Shown: positions 39,916-54,800, numbered from the stretch's first letter. The stretch is DNA of 64,000 bases from Eledone cirrhosa (GCA_964016885.1 OZ024741.1:188294001-188358000), one strand, 5' to 3'. Numbers and translations are program-made. Notes: generated by a model from the letters alone, not told the origin.

Positions 39916-42888
39916 GGACAAAAAGGCGGAGGCTACTTGTTTGGATGTCACACATATACACGCATAACTCAACCACTTACACAGTAAAGTTTGAACTCCA
40001 TCTGTTCATTATGCTGGAAGGTTTTTAGACAGATATAATCACTTTAAAATAAATAGTTTTGTATCGTAGAACTAAGGTTGGTTTCAGGCAGCTTGATATC
40101 AAAAGAGTTATAGTAAATTTGATTATAGCAATGCCAGCATTTGTAGACAGGTATTTAGACCTCAAAGACAAATTTTCTTGCGCTACTCTCAAAATTTAAA
40201 GTTACTGAGAGGTTTTTTTTTTTGTATTTTGAGAGGAGAGACTGGATGTGTAAATGTAGTGGAGTGGGGGAAGATATTCATAGACCCATTCTTGTTTCTT
40301 TGCCCCCACCTCAAACAATGTATTGGCAAAACACTTTTTATAGACCCTGTTATTTACATATTTTTATGATCTTGGAATGGTAAAGAGATAACATAAGTAG
40401 TATTTGAACTCAGAATGTAAAGACATACCCAGTATATCACAAGATATGTATTTGAAATGTGAATGCCCCAATGCGAATGACAATAATAATAATTGAGAAA
40501 AAGTAATCCCTTTTTTTTTTCCTGTTTCTAGGGGTGTTTTACCCAATTTTATTTATTATTTATAGTGATCGACTACTATTATAGTCATTTACGTTGGGGC
40601 GACACATTTCAAATTTTCCCAATGTTTTTAAGTCAACTGCTTTGTTTACAAGATATGTATTTTGTCTGATAGTCTACAGATTCTCTCATCCCAACAAGTT
40701 TTTCTCACATTGTCTTCTTCATACCATCTATAGTTTTATGTCCCTGTCTGAAAAAACCATCAAGGGATCAGGTGTGTGTTTTATTAAAAATTTTCCCATC
40801 TATCATCTTATACCTATATCATATATCAAGTATGTAAGATTAGAAAATATAAATCTTACAGTATAACAGGGTTCTCAAACTCAAGGACTTAAAAGGGCCA
40901 TTACATCCTGCGGAAGAGGAACAGTGAACTAAAAATGAGATGAGTGGTGAGCATGATTTACACTAATTTTAATGCTAATCTACAATATAGCTGATAGACT
41001 ATGTATTTCTTATTCATCATAATGAATACACAAAGTGGGATATGTGAATTAGTACAAAACATAGGAGGAGAAATTTTCCGTTTTAAATGTTCGGCTGTGA
41101 TCCATAGAGAAGTAGTTTGTGGGCCGTATGCAGTCTGTAGGCTGTGTGTCTGAGACCCCTGCTGTATAATGTACCAAAGTTCTTAAGACTCAGATCAGCC
41201 CTGGTCAAAGATGTTCCAGCCATGGCTATTAAATCAATTCTTTTTATATCTAAGGCTACATTGTCCATGTGTTGTTTTTTAAGGCAAGGTATAATTTAAT
41301 GGAGGTTTTGGCTGCTGTTTCTAGCAGGCTACGTAACTGAACAGAGACTTCCACCCTTTGTCTTGTAAATATGTTAATAATTAACTAACTATTGTTAGAA
41401 CAATCTGCTGGTAAATTCATTTAATTTGTTTTAAAAGATAACAAATATATATTGTACTGGCTCCACCCCCAGGTTAATCCTGACTGAAGAGCTTAAGATA
41501 AAAAATTGTTCCAGCTGTGAGCATCTGGTCCTTTTTTCATCCAGATGTAATTCATCTAGGACTTATCATCATCATCATTTTACAGTTGTTTTCAAAACTG
41601 GCATGGGTTGGCTAGATTGTCATAGTCTGAGTTAGTTCTTATTCAGCATTATGGTCATCTAAAAGTGTCAAAGAACCACATTTCACTTGTATGTTCCATT
41701 TTTGACATGGCATCTACCTATGTTCTATCTCTCTTTTAGATGGTAGCGTGTGATTGGAGGTTGATTTGGTTACTATTTCTAACAAATTGGGTGACCACAT
41801 AGAGGCTCTTTTGTTTTAATGTATAATATAAGGCTTATTATATATTAAAATAAAATTGTTTTGTATTTTTGTTGTTTTTTGGTGGGACAACAGATTTTGG
41901 ATATGATGAAGCTTGTAACAGATTATTGCTAACAATCAAACCTAGCACTCTAGGACACAGTACCCCACCCTCTACAAGACCACTGTCATTACCCTGCCAC
42001 TACACTACCGTTGCTAAGCAGCAATCTGTCACTTCCAGGGATTACAAATAAATTAAGGATCTAAGATGATGACAAGATAATATTAATTCCCCCCTTAATA
42101 AATTTTAAGCCCTGAATAAACTACACAACCAATTATATCACACATATTGATTAGTACTAGGTCAACCCTGATTAATCATATCAAAGGCACTCCAGCAGTT
42201 TTTTAAGGGTATCTAGGAAGGACTCAATTAGCTAATGTTTAATCCTTTAGGATTTAAACTGGCCGTATCTATCAGAATGCTCAAACTGGCTGTAACTGAC
42301 CACTCATACTTATGATAAAGTATTGTTCTCAAAATAAATAACATCAAAATCTCATAGATTCAATAGCATGTGAAATAATTATGCGAGGTAAAGCCTTTAC
42401 CATGAAAATACAATAGTTAATATAGAGGAATGTAAATGCTAAAGGGTCAATGTGTCCTATTTTTTAAAGTGGTAGGATGTAAAGTAGAAGCATTCACTTA
42501 ACCACATAGTGGTTCCCTCAAAAGCTCATGTTGATCAAAGGCATCCCATGACCATCTCACCTTTTGTATATTAGGTATTACATTATCCAATGTGGTTTAT
42601 ATAAGATAGTGGGTGTGATTTCAGAGAGATTTGACTGCTATTTCTAGAAGGTGGAATATCCAGATAGAGCTTTCTTCATTGGCTAATATCACAAATTGTT
42701 ACTGTTATTTAGTCCTGAACAGATTTATGATCAAAGGTATTCCAATTGTCACCTGATCTGGCATACTCTACAACTAAAAGGTGTTATTTAAATTATTTCT
42801 CCTTCATTCTCTATCAAATAATATTCTCTCTCTCCCACCTTATAGTTGTTTGTGTTTAATTCAGGTAGGCTTACATTGTAAACCAATT

Positions 42889-43180
42889 AGAAGAAGAAGA
42901 AGAAGAAAGAAGAAAAAAGAAGAAAAAAGAAGAAAAAAGAAGAAAAAAGAAGAAAAAATAAGAAAAAATAAGAAAAAGGAAGAAAAAATAAGAAAAAGAA
43001 AAAGAAAAAAAGAAGAAAAGAAGAAGAAGAAGAAGAAAGAAAAAAAAAGAAGAAAGAAGAAGAAGAAAAAGAAGAAGAAGAAGAAGAAGAAAGAAAAAAA
43101 AAGAAGAAAGAAGAAGAAGAAGAAGAAGAAGAAGAAGAAGAAGAAGAAGAAGAAGAAGAAGAAGAAGAAGAAGAAGAAAC
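42889..43180. repeat. (AAG)n purine-rich tract
   Basis: Directly visible. Confidence 0.95.
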
Positions 43181-43604
43181 AGAGGGTGGAGGAGAAAAAC
43201 TGATTAATCCCTAACTTAAAACTGGTCTGGATTATAATTGAAATGTAGGTAGGAGTATGGCAGTAAACCTGACTTTATAATTCTGCACAGATGGAAGACA
43301 GACAGGCAGGCTTACAAGGCAAACTATGAATTACAGCTTTAAACCAATGCCAACACATAACTAACACTACCACCACCACCACCACCACCACCACTACACA
43401 TTTTTCTACCACTACCATTAACATCACTAACACAACCACCACCACCACCACCACCAACAACAACATTACACCTGATATCATAGCTCCTTGTCATTTAGTC
43501 TGAAGGCAACCTGAATAAGCAGAGAAAACTAGGTGCAAACATGGCTGCGTGGTTAACAAGTTCACTTTGCAAACACATGGTTTCAGGTTTGATCTCTATA
43601 TGAA

Positions 43605-44230
43605 GCTTTTCTTTTTCTTCACCCACTTATTCCTGAGAGGTTTGTGAGAGCAGAGTCCTGAAACACTCCTTCCAGTGGGTCCTGTCACAAGCAACCGTTT
43701 CCAACTAATCCAGCTGGATCCCCAAGTGAGACCAGCCAAGCTCATGGATGTTATCCAGCCATCTTGCTTGGAGTCTACTCATGAGTCTCCTACCAGTTCG
43801 TTTTGCCCATAAAATTTGTTCAACGATTCTTTCCTGAGACATTCTAACCACATGCCCATAGTACTGGAGCTGTGATCTCTCAATTCGGAGAAGTAGCGAC
43901 CCTGCATGGAGCGGCTCGCTGATCTCCAAGCTATGCACTCTATCAAGTAACATTACTCCAAAGACCTTTGAAGGAACCCCATTTCGGTTGCTTGTATTCG
44001 CGAGCATATTTTTGGGGGTTATTACCCAAGATTCATGACCATTGGTAAGGGTTAGCATGGTACCGAATTGAAGATAGTGAGTTTGGCTTTTACACCTACC
44101 TTCCTTCTTCTGATTTGAATGCTGAAGTTGGTGCATTACTGCATCAGCTCCTACAATTCTTGCACCTAATTTAGCCTCCTACCTTCCATCACTTGTGAAT
44201 ACGACCTCGAGATACTTGAACTCCTCCATT
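43605..44230 (-). mobile_element. Degenerate RTE-clade LINE 3' region
   Basis: LTNGHESWV...LLLRIERSQLQYYGHVVRMSQERIVEQIL...RWLDNI, with upstream FKYLEV-like motif. Confidence 0.75.
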
Positions 44231-46774
44231 TGCCTCTATATGAGGCAACAGGGACACATGTTTTCTACCATTGCCCCCCAAACTGACCAAAGCCTTGTGA
44301 GAGAAATCTGATAGACAGAATCTGTGTGGAAGTCTGTTGGAGAAACCATTCCTGTTCATGGATGGTAGACATAAAACTGGTTTAACATTTCTACCATGCA
44401 CTTAGGTACCTTTAGTAGGGTCCACTTTGTTGTAAGAATTCAGGTCAGGTCTGCTGATCACTTCTTTACGGCCTCCTATCTGTCAAGGAGGCCCTGACAA
44501 AGTATTCCAGCCATTACCATCCCATTTTTCTGTCAGGCATAATGAAACCATGACAACAGTCTGATATATTCTGAATGTTCATACAGTCTGGGGAATTTTG
44601 TTGCTGTTGTCATTTCAGCCCTTATCCAACAGACCTCGCATCAAACACATTTTAATTATGATCATTTCATTTATATTTCAAGCACATATTGAATCTATCC
44701 ATTCATTTTAAAAATGATTGGGTGTGATTTGCAGGAGATTTGACTTATTTCTGATGATGAGCCCCTTTGTTGGTGCATTATCAGGCCTGTGCAAAGCAAG
44801 TAACAAGCCCAGGAAAGATAAAATGTAGACTCCATTTCAAAGAACTCATTAAGTATTTTAGTAGCCATAGCTAAACTTACCTATGATTTATGTATGGATT
44901 ACAAGTATATGCATGTACATATATATGCTGTTCTTAGAAATAACTACAGAATAAAAGAACTAAAATTTCAAGGGAATAGGACACCAAAATCCTTTCTGTG
45001 CTGGCTTGCTCAGAATACCACAGTACAATATAATAGACATGTTTTATTTTTTGTATTTTGTTATCTTGATATAGAATACAAGAGGTATGGTGAAGACCTC
45101 AGTGGAAGAGCTTAAATTAGGTGAACCTCTGATCTAATTCATTTAGATGACAAATGCCATGAATTTTCACGTGATCATAAGTTGGATGCAAAAGGATCAA
45201 ATGAGGGAGCATCTACATGGATGTTCAAATTGCTAGAAATAGTAATTAACACTCCCTCAAATTACACCCTACCATTTTGAAAACATTTTGGACAATGTAT
45301 TTCTAGATATGCAATGCTCCCAAAAAGGATTGGGTGGTCATGGCCCAGTTGTGGATGACAACAACAACAGCCAATAGAGATTCGGGGAATAATGATTTCT
45401 TACATTAGCAGAAGGCCTTGAATTTGTGGGGAGGGGTATAGTCGTTTAAATTAACCTCCACATCACTGGTACTTTATTTTATCAAGTCTGGAGGATGGAA
45501 AGCAAAATTGACCTTGATTTTGAACTCAGAATGCAAAGAGATGTAACTAAATACAGCAAAGCAATTCATCCAATGCTTTAAACCTTTAACATTTAAACCA
45601 GCTGTATCCAGCCAGAATTTTCTCACCTCTTTCTGTTCAAACCGGCTGTAACTGGCCACTCATACTGATGTTAAGGCATTGTTCTCAAAATAAATAATAT
45701 CAAAATCTCCTAGATTCGATATTATGTAAGATAATTATGTGAGATAAAGCCTTTACCACAAAATATAATAGTAAATATACAATAATGTAAATGCTAAAGG
45801 CTTCATGATTCTGTCAATCCACATCTATACCCACTGTTTATAAAGTAGAAAGTGGCAAACTAGCAGAAGTATTGCTTTACAGTATTTATTCCAGCTCATT
45901 GTGTGGAGTTCAAACTCCACAGAGGCAAATGTGTTTATCATCCTTTTGGGATCAATAAATAAAGTACTTGTCTAGGGAATTGGATTAACAAATCAGTATT
46001 TGCAAAATTTGTTCTAGTTCTTTGTATTCCTAATTCAAATCCTGCAGTGACCTACTTGCAACCATGAAAAGTACTGGAGCTCAATCGAGTACACACCTGC
46101 AGTTAACTATAGAATGTAGCGATTTGACAGAGTTGTCTGAATGCCTCTTAAAAGCTATTCTCACTCTCTGTGCTTTGAGTTCAAATGCTGCCGAGGTCAA
46201 CTTTACCTTTCACCTTTCAGGATCAATAAAGTACCAGTCTAGTAATGAAGTCATTTCTTCTCTCATTTTCTGTCTGTCTATCTATCTTTCTCTCTCTCTC
46301 CCTACTTCCTCCCTCCTCTCTCTCTCTCTCTCTCTCTTCCACCAGCCCCCTCTTCCCATCTCACACTCACCCTGGAAGAAATAGGTCATGGTCAGGCCTA
46401 GAAAGGGATGGGTTTTTGCCAGGTTTAGAAATGCTTACGCCACACCATAGAACTCTTAAATTGATCAATAGACTCATAAACCTTTCTTTTATGAGTGTGT
46501 ATGTCTATGTGTGTATCTAGGTAAACCAGAGCCTTCCAAACATTGATGACATATTTAAAAACAAAAACAAAAAAAAACAAACTCTTCATGATGTAGTAAT
46601 TAAGTTTTGTTAGTGACATGGAATGAACAAAATGAATAAACAATTAAATATCATATTACATGTCCTCAGTCTAGCTGTACACAGAATTATCTGATTTCAA
46701 AAAAGATATCCTTCACAGCTAAATAGTCATAAAAATTGATTAGGTTTAATTTAATTTCGCAACACATTTAGAAA

Positions 46775-47450
46775 TTATTAGTGGTGCAATAAAATGTTGC
46801 GACACACAGACATGCGAGAATGCTATTGGCAGCACAATAATGTGTCACAACACAGTTTAAAAAGCTGTGAGCTAGACTGATACACAAAACATGTTGATAT
46901 TAGTGGTGCAATAAAGCATCACAACACAGTTTGAAAGGTGTGAGCTAGATGAATACACCAGAATGTTGATATTGGCAGTGCAATAAAGTATCATGGCAGT
47001 ACAATAATGTGTCACAACACACTGTTTGAAAAGCTGTGAGCTAGACAGATATACAATAATACAGATAATAACAACACAATTAAGTGTCACAATACATAAT
47101 TTGAAAAGCTGTGAGCGAGATGGATACACCAACATGCTGATATTGGTGGCACAATGGAGTGTTGTGACATACAATTTGAAAAGCCCTGAGCTAGACAGAT
47201 AGAACATAATGTTGATATTGACAGTGCAATAAAATGTAGTATTACACAATTTAGAAAGCTGTGAGCTAGATGAATACACCAGAATGTTGATATTGGCAGT
47301 GCAATAAAGTATCATGACACACAGTTTGGAAAGCTGTGAGCTAGAGAGAAACACACCAGAATGTTGATGTTGACATCACAAAAAAGTGTTGTGACACACA
47401 ACTTCAAAAGCTATGAGCTAGGCAGACATAGCAGAATGTTGATGGAGCTA
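46775..47450. repeat. ~65-70-bp minisatellite, about 10 degenerate units
   Basis: Recurring cacagtttgaaaagctgtgagctaga...caccagaatgttgatattggcagtgcaataaa. Confidence 0.85.
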
Positions 47451-48344
47451 AACCTGGCAACTGACCAATGAATTTAGCGGTGGTCAAAATAATTACTTGT
47501 GAAAATCTTTAGTGAAGAGAATCACTAATTTCATTATAACAAGACATTATTATTTGGCACTATCGGTAGAGGGTCGGACGCCATGCTTTCCAGCATAGTT
47601 ACGTCCCTTTACGATCTGAGTTCAAATCCCGCCGAGGTTGACTTTGCCTTTCATCCTTACGGGGTCGATAAAATAAAGTACCAGTAATGCACTGGATAAT
47701 TGCTGGCTTTGTGCCTAAAGTAGAAACAATTATTATCAATAAACTAAAATGCAGTTTTATATTAGACAATGTTTCACACAAAGCATTGGAAAAAAAACAA
47801 TTTTGGGCTTGTACTAGTTTAACAAGTGACTTAATTGAAGATAGTTTGTTGAAATAGAAGCAATTACATCATGGAAAAGTCATGACAACTATTTATTCAA
47901 ACACACACAGAGATACAAATATATACGCACACATATCCATACACACACACGTACATTTATGTATGTTGGACCTCTGTTGGTTCCGACAACCAGTGTTCTA
48001 GTTGTTTGATCAGCAGAACAGCTGAAATTAATAATATACAAGTGGCAGAGTATTCTATAGATATGTATACCCTTAATGCAATTTTCAGGGACATTCAGTA
48101 TGACGTATGACTGGCTCTTTAAATTACAGGTACAACTCATTTTTCTTTTCCAGTTGAGCGAACTGAAGCAATGTGAAATAAAAGTCTTGCTGAAGGACCC
48201 ATTGTTACTAGGAATCAAACTACACTACTCTGTGATTGTGAACTAAATACTCTAATGACAAAGTCATGCACCTTCACATACAGATATATACACCTACACA
48301 CACACACATACAACACATACATGATTAGAAGTACAGAAGGGTAC

Positions 48345-48730
48345 TGAAATCTTGCCAACAACAACCCTGAGCACCTTTTTAATTTCCATGTGTCTAACAC
48401 CTGTGGACATGCCTACAAAGTCAGAAAACAGCACAGCTCCCATGACTTTCAGAAACATTTTTTCACGCTCAGAGTTGTTGAAGCATGGAACAAACTACCT
48501 GCATCAGTTGTTAGCTGCTGAGACACTGCATCCTTCAAAACCTCCATGCTTCCTTAAATTCACCAACACTACACCTGACATTCTGCCTCCATACACACGC
48601 ACGCATGTATCTGTGTGTATATCATGACTCATACACTGTTCACTTTCCTGACATCTATACATTATTCTATGTACTTCACATGCACCTTTGGTGAGATGTA
48701 GTGCACCTGAGCACCGTACACAATAATTTC
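48345..48730 (+). mobile_element. CR1-group LINE 3' end
   Basis: FRxFFTLRVVEAWNKLPASVVSC*DTASFKT matches the CR1 C-terminal motif FF..RV...WN.LP..VV.......FK. Confidence 0.7.
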
Positions 48731-50453
48731 ATTATCATTGTCATTATTATGAACTAGCAGAATCGGTAGAGCATTGGACACTCTGATTCGTAGCATAGAG
48801 TTACGTCCCTTTACGTTCTGAGTTCAAATCCCGCCGAGGTTAACTTTGCCTTTCATCTTTATGGGGTTGATAAAATAAAGTACCAGTAATGCACTGGGGT
48901 AATTGCTGGCCTTGTGCCAAAAGTAGAAACAATTATTATTATTATTATTATCATTATTGTTTCTACTTTTGGCACAAGGCCAGCAATTACCCCAGTGCAT
49001 TACTACTACTTTATTTATCGACCCCATAAGGATGAAAGGCAAAGTTAACCTTGGCGGGATTTGAACTCAGAACGTAAAAGGACGTAACTCTATTATATAT
49101 AGTAGCATTTATCTATTTGTTCAAAGTTGATGATTCACACCACCAATACTCAGAGTTTCTTGTTATGTGGTATCATAAATTTGGGACTGTGAAAGAGTCA
49201 TAGCCATTTATTTCATTTCAGATAAGAATGTGTACGTGTATGTGTGAAGGAGTGTATGTTCATGTATCTATATGTTTACATGTGTGTATGCATGTGTATA
49301 TATGTATATATGTTTGTATGTATGTATATGATTCCAATAATTTCTCCAGCAATATTCCTGTTATTACAAACTTCACTTCCTTTAATATAAAGTCAACTTC
49401 TGAGCAGTGGAATGGCAAATAACAAATATTCCCCTGCTTTGGCTTTAATTTATTCATCTGCCATACATCATCTATCATCTATCATGCATACATATGTATG
49501 TGCACATATGCATACACATACTCACACATGCATACACATACACACACATGCATACACATACACATGCACATAATGATAATTATGATCATCATCATGTGCT
49601 GCAGCTTAATTGAGATCTACACAATCAGCTGATGACTCACTCTCTTTCTCTCTCTCCCTCTCTCTCTCAAACCTCACGTTTTATCAATGAAGTATGCTTG
49701 CTGACAACAACAACAACAACAATAGTGGTAACAGTAGTAGCAGTAACATCAATTGGCAAGTCTACAAGAGAGATTACCATCTACTGGTGCTACATTATGT
49801 TTATTTAATTGTTGTTGTTGTTGTTGTTTTACCAATATACACAGCAATCAGAGAAACATGAGCAAAATTAATATAATAATAAAGGAAGAAAAAATGACTA
49901 ACAGAAGCTAGAAGCCTATAGCGAAAATTAGTAAAAAAAAGTATATGGAAATTGCAGAACACATACCTATATTTTACAATCAATCACCAACACTAATTTT
50001 AATAAGACATTAAACGTTACATTTTAGGTGTGAACCCCAGTTTTTAGAATAGGCACACCATATGCCTGCATGTTGTAAAAGGCAACTAAAAGGGTTGGTA
50101 TCAGGAAGGGCATCCAACTATAAAATATTGTCTTGTCATCTAACCCATGCCAGCATGGAAAAGTAGATGCAATGACGCTGACACAACAGAATTTATTCAT
50201 ATATATATTTTTTTAATGTTATTAAATTTTATTAAGATACACATTATCTGTTCATGAGAACAAGGCTTACAGAAACAAAAGAGAGTAGAGTGCGGTGTAT
50301 TCTATATTCATTTACTAGTTTTACTAAATTACCAAATTAATTCCGTTTTGATTTGCTTGAAAGAATATGGTGACAATGTTCCAAGCACAGTGAAACAGCA
50401 TTAATTCTGTAAAACTAGTAAATGGATAAAGTATATATATATATATATATATT

Positions 50454-50596
50454 TATTTATTAAAATAATAGATTAAAGTTTAAGCAAAGAATCGCTGCTT
50501 TCACCCTTAACGGGATCGTCTGAGTTTCAGAAGATCCTGTTAAGGGTGAAAGCAGCGATTCTTTGCTTAAACTTTAGTCTGTTATTTTAATAAATA
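50454..50596. repeat. 143-bp palindrome with 3-nt centre
   Basis: tatttattaaaataatagattaaagtttaagcaaagaatcgctgctttcacccttaacgggatcgtctga-gtt-tcagaagatcctgttaagggtgaaagcagcg...ttattttaataaata. Confidence 0.92.
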
Positions 50597-50678
50597 TTTG
50601 CTCTACGGTTCTTATATATTTGATATATATTTATCCTTATCGAGCTCTTTGGATTTTAGTCTTCAAATTTATTATTAT

Positions 50679-50714
<36 letters not shown>

Positions 50715-50826
50715 TATAACAACAAAAATATAAAATATAATGAAGCGAAAACCAATCAAAACCAAACAGTGAGTATGTTTTACTACTTATTTCTGGCAAT
50801 ATAACAACATGACCCTCCCCAAATAT

Positions 50827-50926
<100 letters not shown>

Positions 50927-51134
50927 TGTGTTCACAGTTCGTCGACCAAGATGAGATGACAAATTAAGACAGTACTTGATAGAATGTTTAAGTGCAGACA
51001 TAGATACAGTATAATCCAAATGGAGAGCCCTCTTCATTATGTACTAGTTTGAAACAAATTAGTTTGGACTGGTTGAGCCTGTGTGCTAACTGAACCATAG
51101 GGAGCCTCCATTAGAAGATGAGAACTATATCTCA

Positions 51135-51226
<92 letters not shown>

Positions 51227-51266
51227 TTCAAAATATTAACAAAATAGATATTCTTGTGATCAATTA

Positions 51267-51333
51267 TATTTTATTATACATATTTCAGAGGTACTGAGTT
51301 AAGTTCAACAGTACGTCCTCATCAGATAAAATA
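51267..51333 (-). ncRNA. Complete type-I hammerhead, AUA site
   Basis: tattttat CTGATGA gga-c-gtactg-(12 nt)-cagtac-c-tct GAAA tatgt ATA ataaaata. 8-bp stem I and the same stem II architecture as 38681/39071. Confidence 0.72.
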
Positions 51334-51820
51334 AAATGATACATGACATGCCCTGACCTGGTAGATGGTTAAGATTCAATCAAGGTAGTGATTAACTTAT
51401 GACAAAACTCAATATTTATACCCTAATATTGAGAACATGAGATAACGTAATACAAACAATATAGAGGGTGCGTGTAATAGATTTTAAGAAATACATGGCA
51501 TCAATATAACAGTTTTAATTTAAAAAAACTACTAGAGAAAGAGGAGGGAAAAGAAAGCAGAGAGGAAGAAACAGCTGATGTGATAATATATTTAGTATGT
51601 GGCTTGAGAAGACAGATGAAAGATGATTAAAGAGAGAGAGAGAGACAAAGGGGAGTAATTTATGTTCAAGTTTCTATACACACAGATTTCTATATAATAT
51701 AGTTGGCGGTTAATTTTCAAAATATTTAATTTATGTTATTTCAGGGTAAAGAATCATATTTTAGGTTTTAAAAGTTAATAGGTACATCATTCCTTGAACC
51801 TTGTTTAACTCTTAAATATA

Positions 51821-51873
<53 letters not shown>

Positions 51874-54800
51874 CTGTGTCTGTGTGTGTGTATGTATATA
51901 TATAATACATTGATATATATATCAATGGCACAAATAGAACACGGGACCAGATGATTGAACAGTATGATAGTTTAATATAAAGTGAATAAAGAAGTCATGG
52001 TAGACGAAAAATATGCATAAAAACATAACCAATGTGTCTACAGTGAAAATATTTATGGCGAATGAAAAGAGGTGAAAATAATATTCCAAGGTAAACACTT
52101 TGTGGAAGAAGAGTAAGAAGAGAAAAGGATAAGTGTTAGAAAGATACAAAAGTGGATAAACTAGTTGGCAATAGAGAGGAGAGGCTTTAGCAAACTAAAT
52201 GGCATGAGGAGAGAGGAAAGGGAAATGGGAGGTGATATATACATATTATTGAATAATTAAAATCTGAGCACAAGTGATATGGACAGACAATGGAAAAATA
52301 GAGACATCTCTTTTCCTCAGCTGTTTGCTGGAGATCACAATTTTGGTAAATTAAAAACAATATTGTTCCCTCCAGTGCACCAAGGATTGCAACACAAGAT
52401 GAGTTGACAACATGCAGTAAAATACAATACAGTGAGTCTTTTCAATCAAATTCACATAAAAAGGTATTAAGTGTGCATAAATAAAATGCAATGATAATAT
52501 CCTTTTTTTTTTTTTACAATAAAGATGTTGCTGCTCTTTTTAGTAAGTCAAGTTACCATATTGAGAGATGTTCATATGGTTTACATACAAAGACAACAGA
52601 CAGTTTATCTATAAAAGAAAGCAGGAAATAAGATAAGACAGACTCAACATACTTGTTACAACAGTTATCTAGATTTTATAACCCAGTCTCAAAGAGGTAT
52701 ATAAAAGTCACCCAATATATAAAGGGACATTTCAGTTCTAAATTGCATCTAATAAAACTGTCACCTTCATGACAATAAAGGCCAGTTAAGGAGAGAGGTA
52801 TTAGAGACAGTCTGTGTACAGATTTAAACTGTCTGACTTGAATCTTTCTCCCTCTTTCTCTTTCAAATTAACTACATTAAAAAAAAACCTGTTAAGACAG
52901 GACTTAACACTACCACCACCACCATTATTACTACTATTACCATCACTATCACCACAACCATCACAAGATATTCAAGCTAACTTGACAGGAGAGCCTGTAC
53001 TTGATAGTTTAACAGTAGCTAAATCTCCAGCAGATCATACATATAATGTGGTTCTGAGTTTACATAGCAGAGGAAAGAAAAGATGGTCACTGCTGGAATG
53101 CTTTTCACCATACATTTGTTCTGTCACACAGGTCCTGGGACTAATCCTAAGATTTTAGAGGGGTTGGAGAACCATGTATTGCTCATACATTTTGAGCAAT
53201 ATTTCTACATCGGGATGCCTTCCCAACACCAACCACTTTACAGAATACAGTGACAGCATTTTATCATGGTACCAGTACTAGGAAGGCTGTCTGGTCCTTG
53301 GTGTGACTAAAGAGTACTCTCTACCCTATGTTATCTCCGTTCAATCAGCAGACATTTGACAGGGTGTACTGAATGCATTTTCTCATGGCACCAACATTGG
53401 AGAGGTTGTCAAGTCCACAATAAGACTAAATAGTTTTCTCTAACTGGCAACCACTTTACAAACTGTACTGAGTAAATTTTTATCGTGGCACCAACACTGG
53501 AGAGGTTGCCTTCTCTCTTGGGGACTATACAGAAGTCCATCAAATATATGTGTATGTGTTCATGTCTGTGTTTACATTTAGCATTTGTTTATGTCCCATA
53601 ACGCAGCAGTTCAACACAAACATTGATGAAATAGGGATTAAACTTGAAGAAAATAAACACTGGTTGGTGATAAGAAGAGCATCTAGCCAAAGGAAGTTTG
53701 CCAAACAAAGGTTTAGGTAAACCATTCAGTTGTATCAAAGATATGACAACCTCTTTAGTGCTGGTTCCATGATAAAATGCACTCAGTAGAACATGAAACC
53801 ATATGAGAGATACAAACCCCTGGCCTGTCTGGGAGATCAGTAGCTCCCCTCTGCGAAGACCCATCCAACCCTTGCTATCAGAGAAAGTGGATGTTAAATG
53901 ATGATGATATGATCAGCTAAATCCCTTTTGGTAGAGCCCCAGCATGGCCACTGTCTAAACAAGTAAAAACGAGTATAAAATACATAATAGTGAAGGCTGA
54001 TATAACTTGAATCAAATATCCTTTGAGTTTTACTAATTTCCCAAAGAAAATGTTTTTCTTCACCATATTCTTGTGAAATTGATATTTCCTACCAATGTGA
54101 AGAATGTGGCGCTTAACATGAAATTTAGCATTCAAGAACAGTATTGTACACTTAAAACCTTCTCATGAAAATACCAATGTATATAAATAGTGGTAAGAAC
54201 AAACCAGAAAGCCCTACATATGTGTCTGAATTATAGAGATGGAGGGGCAGTATTTTGGTTTATTTATTTGTGTGTCTTATTTGTCTGTAGGCAATGAAAT
54301 GGCAGAAGTGGTAAAACATCAGAAGAAATGCTGTGCAGTATTTATTCCGATTCCTTGCATTCTGAGTTCAAATTCTGCTTTTACTTTCCAGGGTCAATAA
54401 ATAAAGTGCTAGTCTAGAGCATTGAACTGGTGAAATCATTAGAGCAACAGATGAGGTGCATTTCAGTATTTGTTCCAGCAATTTACATTTTGGGTTCAAA
54501 CTCATCTACAGCCTAGTTGGGTGGTAGGTTTAATCTGTCATCTGTCTTATCACCACCATCTGGCATTTGGATGCCTTTAGCAGAGTCCATTTTGTTGGAA
54601 GCTTCAGACAAGGTCTTCAGTTTGAGGACACCTTCCCTTCCTCCCCACCAATCTTGGAGTTCTCTGAAAAAAGGGTTATCAGTACTGCTCTTCCCTCCCT
54701 GACTAAACAATAAAAAACAAGGAGAAAGACAAACAGACAGAAAGATACACTAATGCAGTATATTTCAAACAAGTCAATTTTGCTATCACAGTTTCTTGTG

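Noticed and set aside
42781-43203. Poly-Lys/Arg ORF
   Set aside because: It is an (AAG)n simple repeat.
46775-47450. CRISPR-like array
   Set aside because: Eukaryotic context, degenerate repeats, spacers homologous to each other and no cas genes.
50305-50430. ~20-bp inverted repeats flanking ~80 bp
   Set aside because: Single AT-rich occurrence with no clear target-site duplication, so it cannot be called a MITE.
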